Below are positions 28,482 to 38,138 of a stretch of 64,000 nt of DNA, in pieces (position 1 is the stretch's first letter; each line of letters begins with the position of its first letter). The position numbers and the translations under genes are program-made. The stretch lies in NCBI GenBank assembly GCA_002691685.1, contig NZIQ01000003.1:1226-65225 (forward strand), given 5' to 3'. The DNA comes from Flavobacteriaceae bacterium. GTDB lineage: Bacteria > Bacteroidota > Bacteroidia > Flavobacteriales > Flavobacteriaceae. The notes beneath the pieces are model-generated. The model searched no databases and was not told the DNA's origin. It worked only from the letters and a program-made list of their open reading frames with translations.

Positions 28482-29941
28482 TACAATCCGTTTAAGTAAT
28501 CACCGTATAAATCGTTGATGCGTTGGCCTGTATCTAAATCCGTCCGACTTAATTTTTTAGAAACTACCAAGCCCCAGATAATGAGTTCTTTGTAAAAATA
28601 GGCATCCTTCTCATTGGTGTTTATATATTCTACAAGGATTTGATTTAATGGAGTGATCTTATCTAAAGTCTCCTTGTAAATTTGGTTATCTGCATCGGTA
28701 GAAAAATCTACCGCATCGTGCTCAACAAACCAGGTAAATAATTCATCATACCCACTAGTTTCCTCTTTCTTTTCAAGCTTTTCTATTTTTGGAAACAAAG
28801 ATTCAAATGTGTTTTTAATGGCCTCATCGATTAGACTCATCGCTACTTCATCAGTACCTAATTGTTCTCCTTCATATACTAGTTCTACTTTTCCAGTGAT
28901 GGCTTGTATGATATTTGAAAAATCGGATAAACGCACAGTTGTTTTTTGTTCTTCATTGTACAACATTCTTCTTTGAATAGAGGCTATCAGGCTTTCAAGA
29001 GCTGAAATACTCAAACGAGCACTCACTCCACTATTCGCATCAACATACTCGCTTTCACGTGCGCAGAAACTTATTTCTTCAATAAGATCACGTGCAATTT
29101 CAGGAATATAAATTTGTTCTTCAATGCAGTGGTCGATTTTCGCTTCTTGAGCAGTAATTTGTTTTGCTATTTCAATAGACCTTGGGTAATGCGTTAGAAT
29201 TTGCGACCCAATTCTGTCTTTTAAGGGAGTGACAATACTACCTCTATTGGTGTAATCCTCAGGATTTGCTGTAAAAATAAAAGATATATCTAACGGTAAT
29301 TTGAGTTTAAAACCACGAATTTGGATATCTCCTTCTTGCAATATATTAAAGAGGGATACTTGTATTCTCGCTTGTAAATCGGGTATTTCGTTTATGACAA
29401 ATAAGCATCGGTTCGCTCTTGGAATCATTCCAAAATGTATAACGCCTTCATCGGCATAGGACAATTTGAGATTGGCTGCCTTTATTGGATCAACATCTCC
29501 TATTAAATCTGCAACACTAACATCGGGAGTAGCCAACTTTTCATAGTACCGATTTTCGGCTGCTAGCCATTCAATAGGCGTTTCATCACCTTTTTCTGCA
29601 ATTAGTTTTTTGGCAAAAGGTGAAATAGGCGCAAATGGATCGTCGTTTATTTCTGAGCCCTTAACTACCGGAATATATTGGTCTAAAAGACCAATTAATA
29701 AACGAGCAATTTTCGTTTTTGCCTGTCCTCTTAATCCTAAAAAGTTGATATTGTGCTTGGCTAAGATTGCATTTTCAACTTGTGGAATTACGGTATTTTC
29801 ATAACCCATAATTGGACGAAAGACCTCTACTCCATCTTGATATGATTTTATCAAGTTTGATTTAAGTTCTTCTTTGATGGATTTGGGCACAAAGTTATTT
29901 GCCTTTAATTCTCCCAGTGTTTTGATGGATGTTAATTTCAT
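28481..29941 (-). CDS. ChlI/BchI-like AAA+ ATPase (COG1239-type) with atypical Walker motifs
   Basis: P-loop-like GLRGQAKTKIARLL, Walker-B-like CLFVINEIPDL, sensor-1-like FIFTANPEDY, and LKDRIG (compare LLDRFG in ChlI). It follows the vWA gene after a 1-nt gap. Confidence 0.7.
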   Translation of the reverse strand: MKLTSIKTLGELKANNFVPKSIKEELKSNLIKSYQDGVEVFRPIMGYENTVIPQVENAILAKHNINFLGLRGQAKTKIARLLIGLLDQYIPVVKGSEINDDPFAPISPFAKKLIAEKGDETPIEWLAAENRYYEKLATPDVSVADLIGDVDPIKAANLKLSYADEGVIHFGMIPRANRCLFVINEIPDLQARIQVSLFNILQEGDIQIRGFKLKLPLDISFIFTANPEDYTNRGSIVTPLKDRIGSQILTHYPRSIEIAKQITAQEAKIDHCIEEQIYIPEIARDLIEEISFCARESEYVDANSGVSARLSISALESLIASIQRRMLYNEEQKTTVRLSDFSNIIQAITGKVELVYEGEQLGTDEVAMSLIDEAIKNTFESLFPKIEKLEKKEETSGYDELFTWFVEHDAVDFSTDADNQIYKETLDKITPLNQILVEYINTNEKDAYFYKELIIWGLVVSKKLSRTDLDTGQRINDLYGDYLNGL

Positions 29942-29942
29942 A

Positions 29943-31082
29943 TTATCCTCTTAATTTTCTTTTTCGATTGTTTTTGTAATCGTCAAAAATAAGTTCACCT
30001 AAATCTGATAGTCCCGAATAATAAGCTTTTCCTTGATTTGCTTCTGTGAAGTTTTTGATGAACTGTGTCAGATAAGGGTCTTGGGCAATCATAAAAGTAG
30101 TTATTGAAATCCCAGCCTTTTTGGCTTCTTCTGCTTTCTGATAGCAAAGACCGGTTATGGTCTCATCAAGTCCAACACTATTTTTGTAATACTCACCTGA
30201 TTTAAGGCGGATACAACTTGGTTTCCCATCTGTAATCATAAATATCTGACGATTGGCATATTTTTTACGTCTTAATATGGACATTGCAAGCTCTAGACCG
30301 GCGACGGTATTTGTATGATAAGGCCCAACTTTTAAATAAGGTAAATCAGCTATAGAAATGGGCCAGGAATCATTTCCGAAAACAATAACATCGAGTGTGT
30401 CTTTGGGATACCTAGTGGTAATTAATTCGGCTAAGGCCATGGCAACTTTCTTTGCAGGTGTTATTCGGTCTTCTCCATACAAAATCATACTGTGACTAAT
30501 ATCGATCATTAGTATTGTGCTCATTTGTGCCTTAAAACTTGAATCTTCAACAACTAAATCACTTTCGTTGAAATTAAAATCTTCCGATTGTACTCTTTTA
30601 AAAGCATTCTTTAAGCTCTCTGTCATTGAGATTTGGTCAATTCGATCTCCAAATTGATAAGATCTCAACTCACCATTTTTTTCATCACCTTCACCTGTGA
30701 ATTTGGTTTTGTGATTTCCGGTTCCACTTTTTTTCAAATTGCCAAAAATTTGTTCTAGCGCACTTCTTCTTAAGTCACGTTCAAGTTTTGCCGTAAGTTT
30801 TGTTCTGGCCTGCGAATCTCCTGGGGCACTGCCATCAGGATTTATGTCGATTTCTTGTTTTAAATAGCCTTTGTCAAAAAGGTCTCTTAAGAAATCGTCA
30901 ATAGTGTAATCTTCTGTAGTTAATTGGTATTCTTTGTCTAGTTCTTTTAACCAATCGATAGCCTCATCGACATCTCCCGAGGTATACGTAATAAGTTCTT
31001 TGAAAATTTCATAGAGTTGATCAAAGATTGATCCCTTTTTTAGATCGTATAAACTGATTCTAAAGCGAGTTCTTGGTTTCAT
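29943..31082 (-). CDS. von Willebrand factor A (vWA) domain protein
   Basis: The C-terminal vWA domain has an intact MIDAS (MIDISHSM = DxSxS; FMITDGKPS). Confidence 0.8.
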   Translation of the reverse strand: MKPRTRFRISLYDLKKGSIFDQLYEIFKELITYTSGDVDEAIDWLKELDKEYQLTTEDYTIDDFLRDLFDKGYLKQEIDINPDGSAPGDSQARTKLTAKLERDLRRSALEQIFGNLKKSGTGNHKTKFTGEGDEKNGELRSYQFGDRIDQISMTESLKNAFKRVQSEDFNFNESDLVVEDSSFKAQMSTILMIDISHSMILYGEDRITPAKKVAMALAELITTRYPKDTLDVIVFGNDSWPISIADLPYLKVGPYHTNTVAGLELAMSILRRKKYANRQIFMITDGKPSCIRLKSGEYYKNSVGLDETITGLCYQKAEEAKKAGISITTFMIAQDPYLTQFIKNFTEANQGKAYYSGLSDLGELIFDDYKNNRKRKLRG

Positions 31083-31103
31083 AGCAAGAACTAAGTTACA
31101 AAC

Positions 31104-31718
31104 TTACGTTCTATTTTGATGTCTTTTTTCAAGTACAGCTAAAGAATCATGAATAGATAAGCCTTTGGCCTTTAATAAAACTAAATAATGAAATAGTAAA
31201 TCAGCTGATTCTTGCAAAAACGCTTGTTCATTATTATCTATGCTTTCAATAACCAATTCTACAGCCTCTTCTCCAACTTTTTGGGCTACCTTATTGATGC
31301 CTTTTTGCACTAAACTAAAAACGTAACTCTCTTTATTTTCAGTCGAAATTCTTTCTTCAATTACCTCTTCTATAGTTTTTAAAAAATCTAATGAAGTCGA
31401 AGTATTAGGCTCACCCCAACAAGTATCTGTGCCAAGATGACAAGTAGGGCCTTCAGGATTGACTTGAATTAAAATACTGTCCTGATCGCAATCATAAGAA
31501 ATAGTAACTAGATTCAAATAATTTTCACTTTGTTCTCCTTTGAGCCAAAGTCTTTTTTTTGATCTTGAATAAAACCAGACACGCCTTTCATCAATGGTTT
31601 TCTGATGCGCTTCGCGATTCATATAGCCTTGCATCAATACAATTTTAGTGACGGCATCTTGAATGATTACGGGTAAAAGACCATCCGGGTTTTTTGAAAA
31701 GTTAGGAATTCTAGTCAT
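31104..31718 (-). CDS. hisIE: Bifunctional phosphoribosyl-AMP cyclohydrolase / phosphoribosyl-ATP pyrophosphatase
   Basis: HisI core ([26 protein letters not shown]) followed by the HisE helical domain ([11 protein letters not shown] … [10 protein letters not shown]). Confidence 0.92.
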   Translation of the reverse strand: MTRIPNFSKNPDGLLPVIIQDAVTKIVLMQGYMNREAHQKTIDERRVWFYSRSKKRLWLKGEQSENYLNLVTISYDCDQDSILIQVNPEGPTCHLGTDTCWGEPNTSTSLDFLKTIEEVIEERISTENKESYVFSLVQKGINKVAQKVGEEAVELVIESIDNNEQAFLQESADLLFHYLVLLKAKGLSIHDSLAVLEKRHQNRT

Positions 31719-32478
31719 TATAAACGGGTCTAATGTTAATATTATGTTCTTGTAGAAATCTCTTCAATTTTGATATTTTAATTTCATTAAAATGAAAAAC
31801 ACTTGCGGCTAAAGCAGCATCTGCTTTCCCTTTTGTAAAGGTGTCGAGAAAATGAGTCATAGTACCGGCACCTCCAGAGGCTATTACAGGTATTTGGAGT
31901 AAAGAATTCAATTCGTGTAATGCGTCATTAGCGAATCCATTTTTGGTTCCATCATTGTTCATAGAGGTAAATAAAACTTCTCCTGCTCCAAGGTTTTGAG
32001 CTTCTAGTGCCCAATCAAAAAGATTCTTTTCCGTAGTTTGTTTACCTCCAACTAAATGTACGATCCATTGTTTATTGATTAATTTGGCATCAATCGCAAT
32101 AACTATACATTGGGCTCCAAAATTTCCTGAGAGTTCTGTGATAAGCTTAGGATTTTTAAAAGCAGATGAGTTTACCGATATTTTGTCTGCACCTCGCTTT
32201 AATAGTTCTTCAACAACTCTAGGGTTCGAAATACCTCCTCCGACAGTAAAAGGAATATCAATAACTTTTGCTACTTCAAATACCAAATCATAGAGTGTAT
32301 CTCTTCCTTGTTCAGTGGCTGTGATATCCAAAAAAACCAATTCATCAGCACCATTATCACTGTAAAACTTAGCTAAGGCGATGGGGTCTCCAGCATCTTT
32401 TAAATCGATGAAATTGGTACCCTTCACACATCTACCGTCTTTGATGTCTAAACAAGGAATAATTCTTTTACATACCAT
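31711..32478 (-). CDS. hisF: Imidazole glycerol phosphate synthase, cyclase subunit
   Basis: [21 protein letters not shown]-terminus and the SGGAG motif. Confidence 0.95.
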   Translation of the reverse strand: MVCKRIIPCLDIKDGRCVKGTNFIDLKDAGDPIALAKFYSDNGADELVFLDITATEQGRDTLYDLVFEVAKVIDIPFTVGGGISNPRVVEELLKRGADKISVNSSAFKNPKLITELSGNFGAQCIVIAIDAKLINKQWIVHLVGGKQTTEKNLFDWALEAQNLGAGEVLFTSMNNDGTKNGFANDALHELNSLLQIPVIASGGAGTMTHFLDTFTKGKADAALAASVFHFNEIKISKLKRFLQEHNINIRPVYND

Positions 32479-33196
32479 TGTTACAATAATTTTTGAGTTC
32501 TGACGGAGTTATTTTGTTTTCATAAATGGCTTTTCCTAAAACAACAGCTTGACATCCAATAGCTTCTAAGTTAAAAATGTCTTGAATACTTGAAACCCCT
32601 CCACTTGCTATTAGCTTGATATCGTCAAATCTAGAAATGAGTTTTTGATAAATATGTGTAGAAGGCCCTTGTAGCATACCATCTTTTGAAATGTCTGTAC
32701 AGATTACTGTTTTAACTCCTAAATCCATGTAATACTGAATAAAATCAAATAAATTAATGTTTGACTGTTCGCTCCAAGCAGAAACTGCAATTTGTTCATT
32801 TAAAAAATCCGCTCCAAGGATAATTTTTTTTGCCCCAAAGCGTTGTATACATTTCTTCGCTTTATCTGTAGACTTTGCAGCCATACTACCAAGTGTAACA
32901 TAACTTGCGCCTAAGTCAAATGCCTTTTCAACTTCTTGGATTTCATGTAAACCACCACCAAAATCAATGGTTAAATTGGTTTTAGATTTGATTTGCTCTA
33001 ATACATAAGAGTTGACAATCTTTTTTTGTTTTGCTCCATCTAAATCAACTAAATGAAGTCGTTCTACACCCAATTTTTCAAATCCTAAGGCAACTTCAGT
33101 GGGATTTGAATGGTATTCTTTTTTGGTGTTATAAGCACCTTTGGTTAGACGAACACACTTTCCGTTGATGAGATCAATTGCTGGTATTAATTTCAT
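32468..33196 (-). CDS. hisA: ProFAR isomerase (1-(5-phosphoribosyl)-5-[(5-phosphoribosylamino)methylideneamino]imidazole-4-carboxamide isomerase)
   Basis: [18 protein letters not shown]-terminus, HLVDLDGA and ASGGVSS motifs. Confidence 0.93.
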   Translation of the reverse strand: MKLIPAIDLINGKCVRLTKGAYNTKKEYHSNPTEVALGFEKLGVERLHLVDLDGAKQKKIVNSYVLEQIKSKTNLTIDFGGGLHEIQEVEKAFDLGASYVTLGSMAAKSTDKAKKCIQRFGAKKIILGADFLNEQIAVSAWSEQSNINLFDFIQYYMDLGVKTVICTDISKDGMLQGPSTHIYQKLISRFDDIKLIASGGVSSIQDIFNLEAIGCQAVVLGKAIYENKITPSELKNYCNNGM

Positions 33197-33759
33197 TTCT
33201 GTATGATAAATTCATTGATGAGTTTCGCGCCGAATTGGCTGCTTTTTTCAGGATGAAATTGAAATGCAGTAAAATTATTTTTTTGTAGGACAGCGCTATA
33301 ATTTATGCCATAAGTACAACTAGCTTTGGTTTGTTCGCAGATTTCAGCATAGTAACTGTGGATCATATAGACGTAGTTATTGTGATACTTGGCTGATGAC
33401 GAACTGAGTCTATTCCATCCAATTTGAGGGACTTTTAGGTCTTGGAATTTTTTGACACAAGTATCAAAAATACCCAAACCTTTTACGTTTCCTTCTTCGG
33501 TTTGATTACACATCAATTGCATGCCCAAACAAATACCTAATACAGGTTGATTTAGTTGTTTTATTAGCTCGACTAGATTATTTTTCTTTAAATTATTTAT
33601 GGCCGTATGTGCATGTCCTACTCCCGGAAAAATAACTCGATCAGCACTTTGAATTTCATTTTGATCTGAAGAAATTAATGCGTTATATCCCAAACGTTGT
33701 AATGAGAATTGAACACTTTGTACATTACCTGAGCCGTAATCTATAACCACAATTTTCAT
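33193..33759 (-). CDS. hisH: Imidazole glycerol phosphate synthase, glutamine amidotransferase subunit
   Basis: Class-I GATase with GICLGMQL (catalytic Cys) and FQFHPEKS motifs. Confidence 0.93.
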   Translation of the reverse strand: MKIVVIDYGSGNVQSVQFSLQRLGYNALISSDQNEIQSADRVIFPGVGHAHTAINNLKKNNLVELIKQLNQPVLGICLGMQLMCNQTEEGNVKGLGIFDTCVKKFQDLKVPQIGWNRLSSSSAKYHNNYVYMIHSYYAEICEQTKASCTYGINYSAVLQKNNFTAFQFHPEKSSQFGAKLINEFIIQK

Positions 33760-34886
33760 AAGCTTCCTTTGGTACTTGGTAAAATCATGTTATCGACATC
33801 ACGTTTTACAGCCATTTTGATTGATTTAGCAAAGGCTTTAAAAATGGATTCGATTTTATGATGTTCGTTTTCTCCTTCAGCTTTTAGGTTAATATTCGCT
33901 GAAGCCCCATCTGCAAATGATTTAAAAAAATGATAAAACATTTCTGTAGGCATATCTCCTACTTTGTCTCTTTTGAATGTAGCATCCCAGGAAATCCAGC
34001 TACGACCTCCAAAATCTAAAGCGAATTGAGCCAAACAATCATCCATAGGTAGACAATAACCATATCGTTCAACCCCTAACTTATTTCCCAATACTTTTTT
34101 AAAGGCTTCACCTAGTGCAATTCCAGTATCTTCTATGGTATGATGTTCATCAACGTCAAGATCACCATTGACATTAATCTTTAAATCACATTGTCCATGC
34201 CTTGCCAACTGGTCAAGCATATGGTCGAAAAACCCTAAACCGGTGTCAATTATGGATTGACCGGTTCCGTCGATGTCTAATTCTATTGAAATCTTTGTTT
34301 CGTTAGTGTTTCTGTGATGTATAACTTTTCTATTTTTACGAAGTAAGAATTCATAGATTTCAGACCAAGAACTAGCGTTAAGTACAATTTCATTTCGAAT
34401 AGCTTCTGTCTTATTAGTCAGTTCATCTTCTCCAAAAGGATTGTATTGTATCAGGACCCCTTTACAGCCGAGATTAAGGGCTAATTCCATATCAGTCAAT
34501 CGATCTCCAATAACTAAAGAATTAGCGATATCAAAATCGCCTAAGAGATAGTGGTTCAATAGACCAGTCCTAGGTTTTCTTGTCGGTTTGTTTTCCTTTG
34601 GGAAGCTTCGGTCTATACAAATTTCCCTAAACTGTATTCCTTGATCTTTAAAGGTGTTGACTATTAAATTTTGTACAGGCCAAAAGCTGTCTTCTGGAAA
34701 CGAAGCTCTACCTAAACCGTCTTGATTCGTAATCATGACAAGTTCATAATCTTCTAGAATACATATCTTTTTAAGATTTTCGAAAACACCTTCAAAAAAA
34801 TGCAACTTTTCAAAACTGTCAATTTGATAGTCTTTTGGCTCTTTTATTAAGGTGCCGTCTCGGTCGAGAAATAATATTTTTTTCAT
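33756..34886 (-). CDS. hisB: Bifunctional histidinol-phosphatase / imidazoleglycerol-phosphate dehydratase
   Basis: N-terminal HAD motif FLDRDGTL, and a C-terminal IGPD domain (DEHHTIEDTGIALG, GENEHHKIESIFKAF). Confidence 0.93.
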   Translation of the reverse strand: MKKILFLDRDGTLIKEPKDYQIDSFEKLHFFEGVFENLKKICILEDYELVMITNQDGLGRASFPEDSFWPVQNLIVNTFKDQGIQFREICIDRSFPKENKPTRKPRTGLLNHYLLGDFDIANSLVIGDRLTDMELALNLGCKGVLIQYNPFGEDELTNKTEAIRNEIVLNASSWSEIYEFLLRKNRKVIHHRNTNETKISIELDIDGTGQSIIDTGLGFFDHMLDQLARHGQCDLKINVNGDLDVDEHHTIEDTGIALGEAFKKVLGNKLGVERYGYCLPMDDCLAQFALDFGGRSWISWDATFKRDKVGDMPTEMFYHFFKSFADGASANINLKAEGENEHHKIESIFKAFAKSIKMAVKRDVDNMILPSTKGSL

Positions 34887-37219
34887 AAGCGTTGAAGTGT
34901 CTCAAAAAGTCTTTTGTTTTCATGCTCGGTCCCCACTGTTATTCTAAGCATCCCTTTACATAGATGCAAATTAGACCTGTTTCTTACCACAAATCCGTGC
35001 TTAATCAATGCATGATACAATTCATTAGGTTCATCCACCTCTACCATAATGAAATTTGTTTCTGATGTTAAAACTCGTTTGATCGAAGAAAGCTTGATTA
35101 ATTCGTTCATCAAGAGGCCTCTTTGTCTGATGATTTGCTCAACTTCGTTTTGAACCATTTCAATCTGCCTCAATCGAGCAATAGCGGCTTTTTGATTTAA
35201 GCTACTGCAATTGTAAGGTGCTTTTAGTTTAGTTAAATACCCTATGGTTTGTGGATTTGATATTAAGGAACCTATTCGTACTCCAGCAAGACCAAAAGCC
35301 TTGGACATAGTTCGACATATCATGAGGTTACTGTATTTTGAAATGAGTGCTATGGCACTTTTATCAGAACTAAATTCGATGTAGGCTTCGTCTATAAGAA
35401 TCATATGTTCAGTGGAGGCTATTATTTTTTCAAGCTCATCTAATTCAACTTTATTTGACGTGGGATTGTTTGGATTACATATAATGCTAAGCCCCACTTT
35501 TTCATCTGAAGTATCCCAGAGCTGACTTGGAAAACTAAAGTCATTATTTAAGGTTATTTTTTCAACCTTGATATGGTTGAGCTCTGCAAGAATTTCATAC
35601 ATCCCATAAGTAGGATCTACAATTTGTAAACTGTGAACTGCTGGAGTACAAAAACCTCTTATAACCAAATCAAGGATTTCATCACTTCCGTTTCCAATAA
35701 GAAGTTGATTTGGTGTTGTTTTGAGATAGTCGGCCAATAATGTTTTTAATTTTTTATGGTGTGGATCAGGATATCTATTACTTGTTGAATTGAATGGGTT
35801 TTCATTTGCGTCAAGGAATGTCACTTTTGACTCAGTACTGAAATCATCCCGGGCAGATTGATACGGTTTAATATTTATAAAAGATGCTTTTCCTTGTAAT
35901 TCTATTGAACTAACTTCATCTTCATTAAATGCTTCCTCTTTTAGAGCTTCTAAACGATAGGTTACAGCCATTTTATGTGCTTTTAATCCCTCAGCCTCGG
36001 CCATAGTTTCGATGTCTGGTCCTAGTGAACGAATACCGCGTGCATGGATTTTTTGAAAGGTAATTGCTTTTTGGAAGGCATCTAAATTTACACCACTGTA
36101 CTGTCTTGCATAGCCATTTGTAGGTAAGGTATGATTTGTTCCAGAGGCGTAATCACCGGCACTTTCAGGAGTGTAATCACCAATAAAAACAGAACCAGCA
36201 TTTGCACAATTTTCAACAAAAAAGGATTCATTTTGAACATTGATGATATAGTGCTCTGGGGCGTAAGCGTTAATAAAATCAACCTGATCTTTTTCATCTT
36301 CGAGACAAACAGCAAAACTGTTTTGAAGGGCAGCTGCTATGATGTCCTTACGCTCTAGTTTATGAGTTTGTTTGTTTATTTGCTCTCGAACTTCATCAAC
36401 GATTTCGGTTGAAGGGCACACTAAAACAACCTGAGAATCTTTACCGTGTTCTGCCTGAGACAATAAATCTGCTGCTATAAATATTGGGTTAGCACTTTGA
36501 TCTGCTACTATCAAGAGTTCACTAGGACCAGCAGGCATATCAATGGCGACTCCTAAATTAAGTGCGTATTGCTTTGCCTTTGTCACATATTGATTTCCAG
36601 GCCCGAATATTTTAGAGACCTTTGGAATACTCTCTGTTCCCAAAGTAAGACCTGCGATAGCTTGTATGCCACCAACAGTTATTACTGAGCTTACACCACA
36701 TAATTTGGCGGTGTATAAAATTGCTGGGTGAATCACACCCTCTTTGTTAGGAGGAGTACACAGAATTATCTTTTTACAACCTGCAATTTTTGCGGGAATT
36801 GCTAACATCAAAATGGTCGAAAAAAGAGGAGCACTCCCACCTGGTATATAAATTCCAACCTCTTGTATAGGTTTTTTATCTTGCCAGCATTCTACTCCAT
36901 AATCTGTGTTGACTCTTATTTGTGCGGTTTTTTGAGCCTTGTGAAATTTATAGATGTTTTTATATGCTCTTTGTATGGCTTTTTTTAAAGATGCACTTAT
37001 ACTGTCATCTTGGGTACTTTTAAAATTATTTAATTCAATTTTTGAAATTGAAACTCCATCAAATTTTTTGGTATATTTTATAATTGCTTTGTCCCCGTTA
37101 TCTTTTACTTCATTGAATACTTCTTGTACCAGGTCTTCTAAACATGAATCATCTATAGCAGGTCTTTGACAAATTTCCTCCCATAAACTTCTCGGAGGAT
37201 TTTGGTAGATTATTTTCAT
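34883..37219 (-). CDS. hisDC: Fused histidinol dehydrogenase / histidinol-phosphate aminotransferase (HisD-HisC)
   Basis: A single uninterrupted 778-codon frame. The HisD part has SQAEHGKDSQVVLV and GDYASGTNHTLPT. The HisC part has FLDANENPF, YPDP and MSKAFGLAGVRIG (PLP lysine). The linker lies around …YRLEALKEEAFNEDEVSSIELQGKASF…. Confidence 0.85.
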   Translation of the reverse strand: MKIIYQNPPRSLWEEICQRPAIDDSCLEDLVQEVFNEVKDNGDKAIIKYTKKFDGVSISKIELNNFKSTQDDSISASLKKAIQRAYKNIYKFHKAQKTAQIRVNTDYGVECWQDKKPIQEVGIYIPGGSAPLFSTILMLAIPAKIAGCKKIILCTPPNKEGVIHPAILYTAKLCGVSSVITVGGIQAIAGLTLGTESIPKVSKIFGPGNQYVTKAKQYALNLGVAIDMPAGPSELLIVADQSANPIFIAADLLSQAEHGKDSQVVLVCPSTEIVDEVREQINKQTHKLERKDIIAAALQNSFAVCLEDEKDQVDFINAYAPEHYIINVQNESFFVENCANAGSVFIGDYTPESAGDYASGTNHTLPTNGYARQYSGVNLDAFQKAITFQKIHARGIRSLGPDIETMAEAEGLKAHKMAVTYRLEALKEEAFNEDEVSSIELQGKASFINIKPYQSARDDFSTESKVTFLDANENPFNSTSNRYPDPHHKKLKTLLADYLKTTPNQLLIGNGSDEILDLVIRGFCTPAVHSLQIVDPTYGMYEILAELNHIKVEKITLNNDFSFPSQLWDTSDEKVGLSIICNPNNPTSNKVELDELEKIIASTEHMILIDEAYIEFSSDKSAIALISKYSNLMICRTMSKAFGLAGVRIGSLISNPQTIGYLTKLKAPYNCSSLNQKAAIARLRQIEMVQNEVEQIIRQRGLLMNELIKLSSIKRVLTSETNFIMVEVDEPNELYHALIKHGFVVRNRSNLHLCKGMLRITVGTEHENKRLFETLQRL

Positions 37220-38073
37220 ATGAACATTTTATCAATGGGACAAATTAATATCCCTTGAGCTCCATTTTCTTTTAGTAAATCAATAACATTCCAAAATTCA
37301 TCCGTCTTTATAACGGTGTGTATAGAAAACCATGATTTGTCTGCTAGTGGCATTATCGTTGGACTTTTCATTCCAGGTAGTAGACTTATAATTTTATCCA
37401 CCTTATCAGCGGGAGCATTCATAAGAAGGTACTTAAACTTTTTTGCGCTTAAGACACCTCTTATTCTAAAAAGTAATTGATTTAGAAGTTCAGTTCTGTG
37501 TTCATCAATAGATGGAGAACTGCACAAAACAGCTTCGCTTTTCAAAATGGTTTTAATCTCTTTGAGATTATTGTTGAACAGGGTACTTCCACTACTTACA
37601 ATATCACAAACAGCGTCTGCAAGTCCAATATTTGGAGCAATTTCAACAGAACCATTGATCACATGAATTTTGGAGTTAACCTGGTGTTCTTCAAGGAATC
37701 TTTTAAGGGTTTTTGGATATGATGTGGCAATACTTTTAGACTGAAGATCAGAGACCTTTTTAATATCACTTTGATTTGGAACGGCGATAGATACTCTACA
37801 TTTTGAAAATCCTAAATATTCATTCACGATAATTCCATCTCCTTTTTCTTGCAATAAATTTTCACCAATTACGGCTATATCTACTACGTTATCTATTAGG
37901 TATCCGGGAATGTCACTGTTTCTCAAAAAAAACACTTCTAAAGGAAAATTAGAAGACGTAACCTTCAATTGATTTTTTCCATTTTGAATTTCAATTCCAC
38001 AATTTTTTAAAATCTGTAAAGACTCATCATGAAGCCTTCCACTCTTTTGCAATGCTAGTCTTATTTTTTTCAT
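37216..38073 (-). CDS. hisG: ATP phosphoribosyltransferase (long form with C-terminal regulatory domain)
   Basis: MKKIRLALQKSGRL N-terminus, DIVSSGSTL motif, 285 aa. Confidence 0.93.
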   Translation of the reverse strand: MKKIRLALQKSGRLHDESLQILKNCGIEIQNGKNQLKVTSSNFPLEVFFLRNSDIPGYLIDNVVDIAVIGENLLQEKGDGIIVNEYLGFSKCRVSIAVPNQSDIKKVSDLQSKSIATSYPKTLKRFLEEHQVNSKIHVINGSVEIAPNIGLADAVCDIVSSGSTLFNNNLKEIKTILKSEAVLCSSPSIDEHRTELLNQLLFRIRGVLSAKKFKYLLMNAPADKVDKIISLLPGMKSPTIMPLADKSWFSIHTVIKTDEFWNVIDLLKENGAQGILICPIDKMFI

Positions 38074-38077
38074 AGTA

Positions 38078-38115
38078 ATAAAAAAAACCCGTTTGTATAT
38101 GGCACAAACGGGTTT
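38078..38115 (-). terminator. Strong rho-independent terminator 6 nt upstream of the hisG ATG
   Basis: 12-bp stem AAACCCGTTTGT / ACAAACGGGTTT with loop GCCATAT, running into an 8-T tract on the minus strand. Confidence 0.8.
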
Positions 38116-38138
38116 TTCGAATTGTTAAAACTCGTTTG

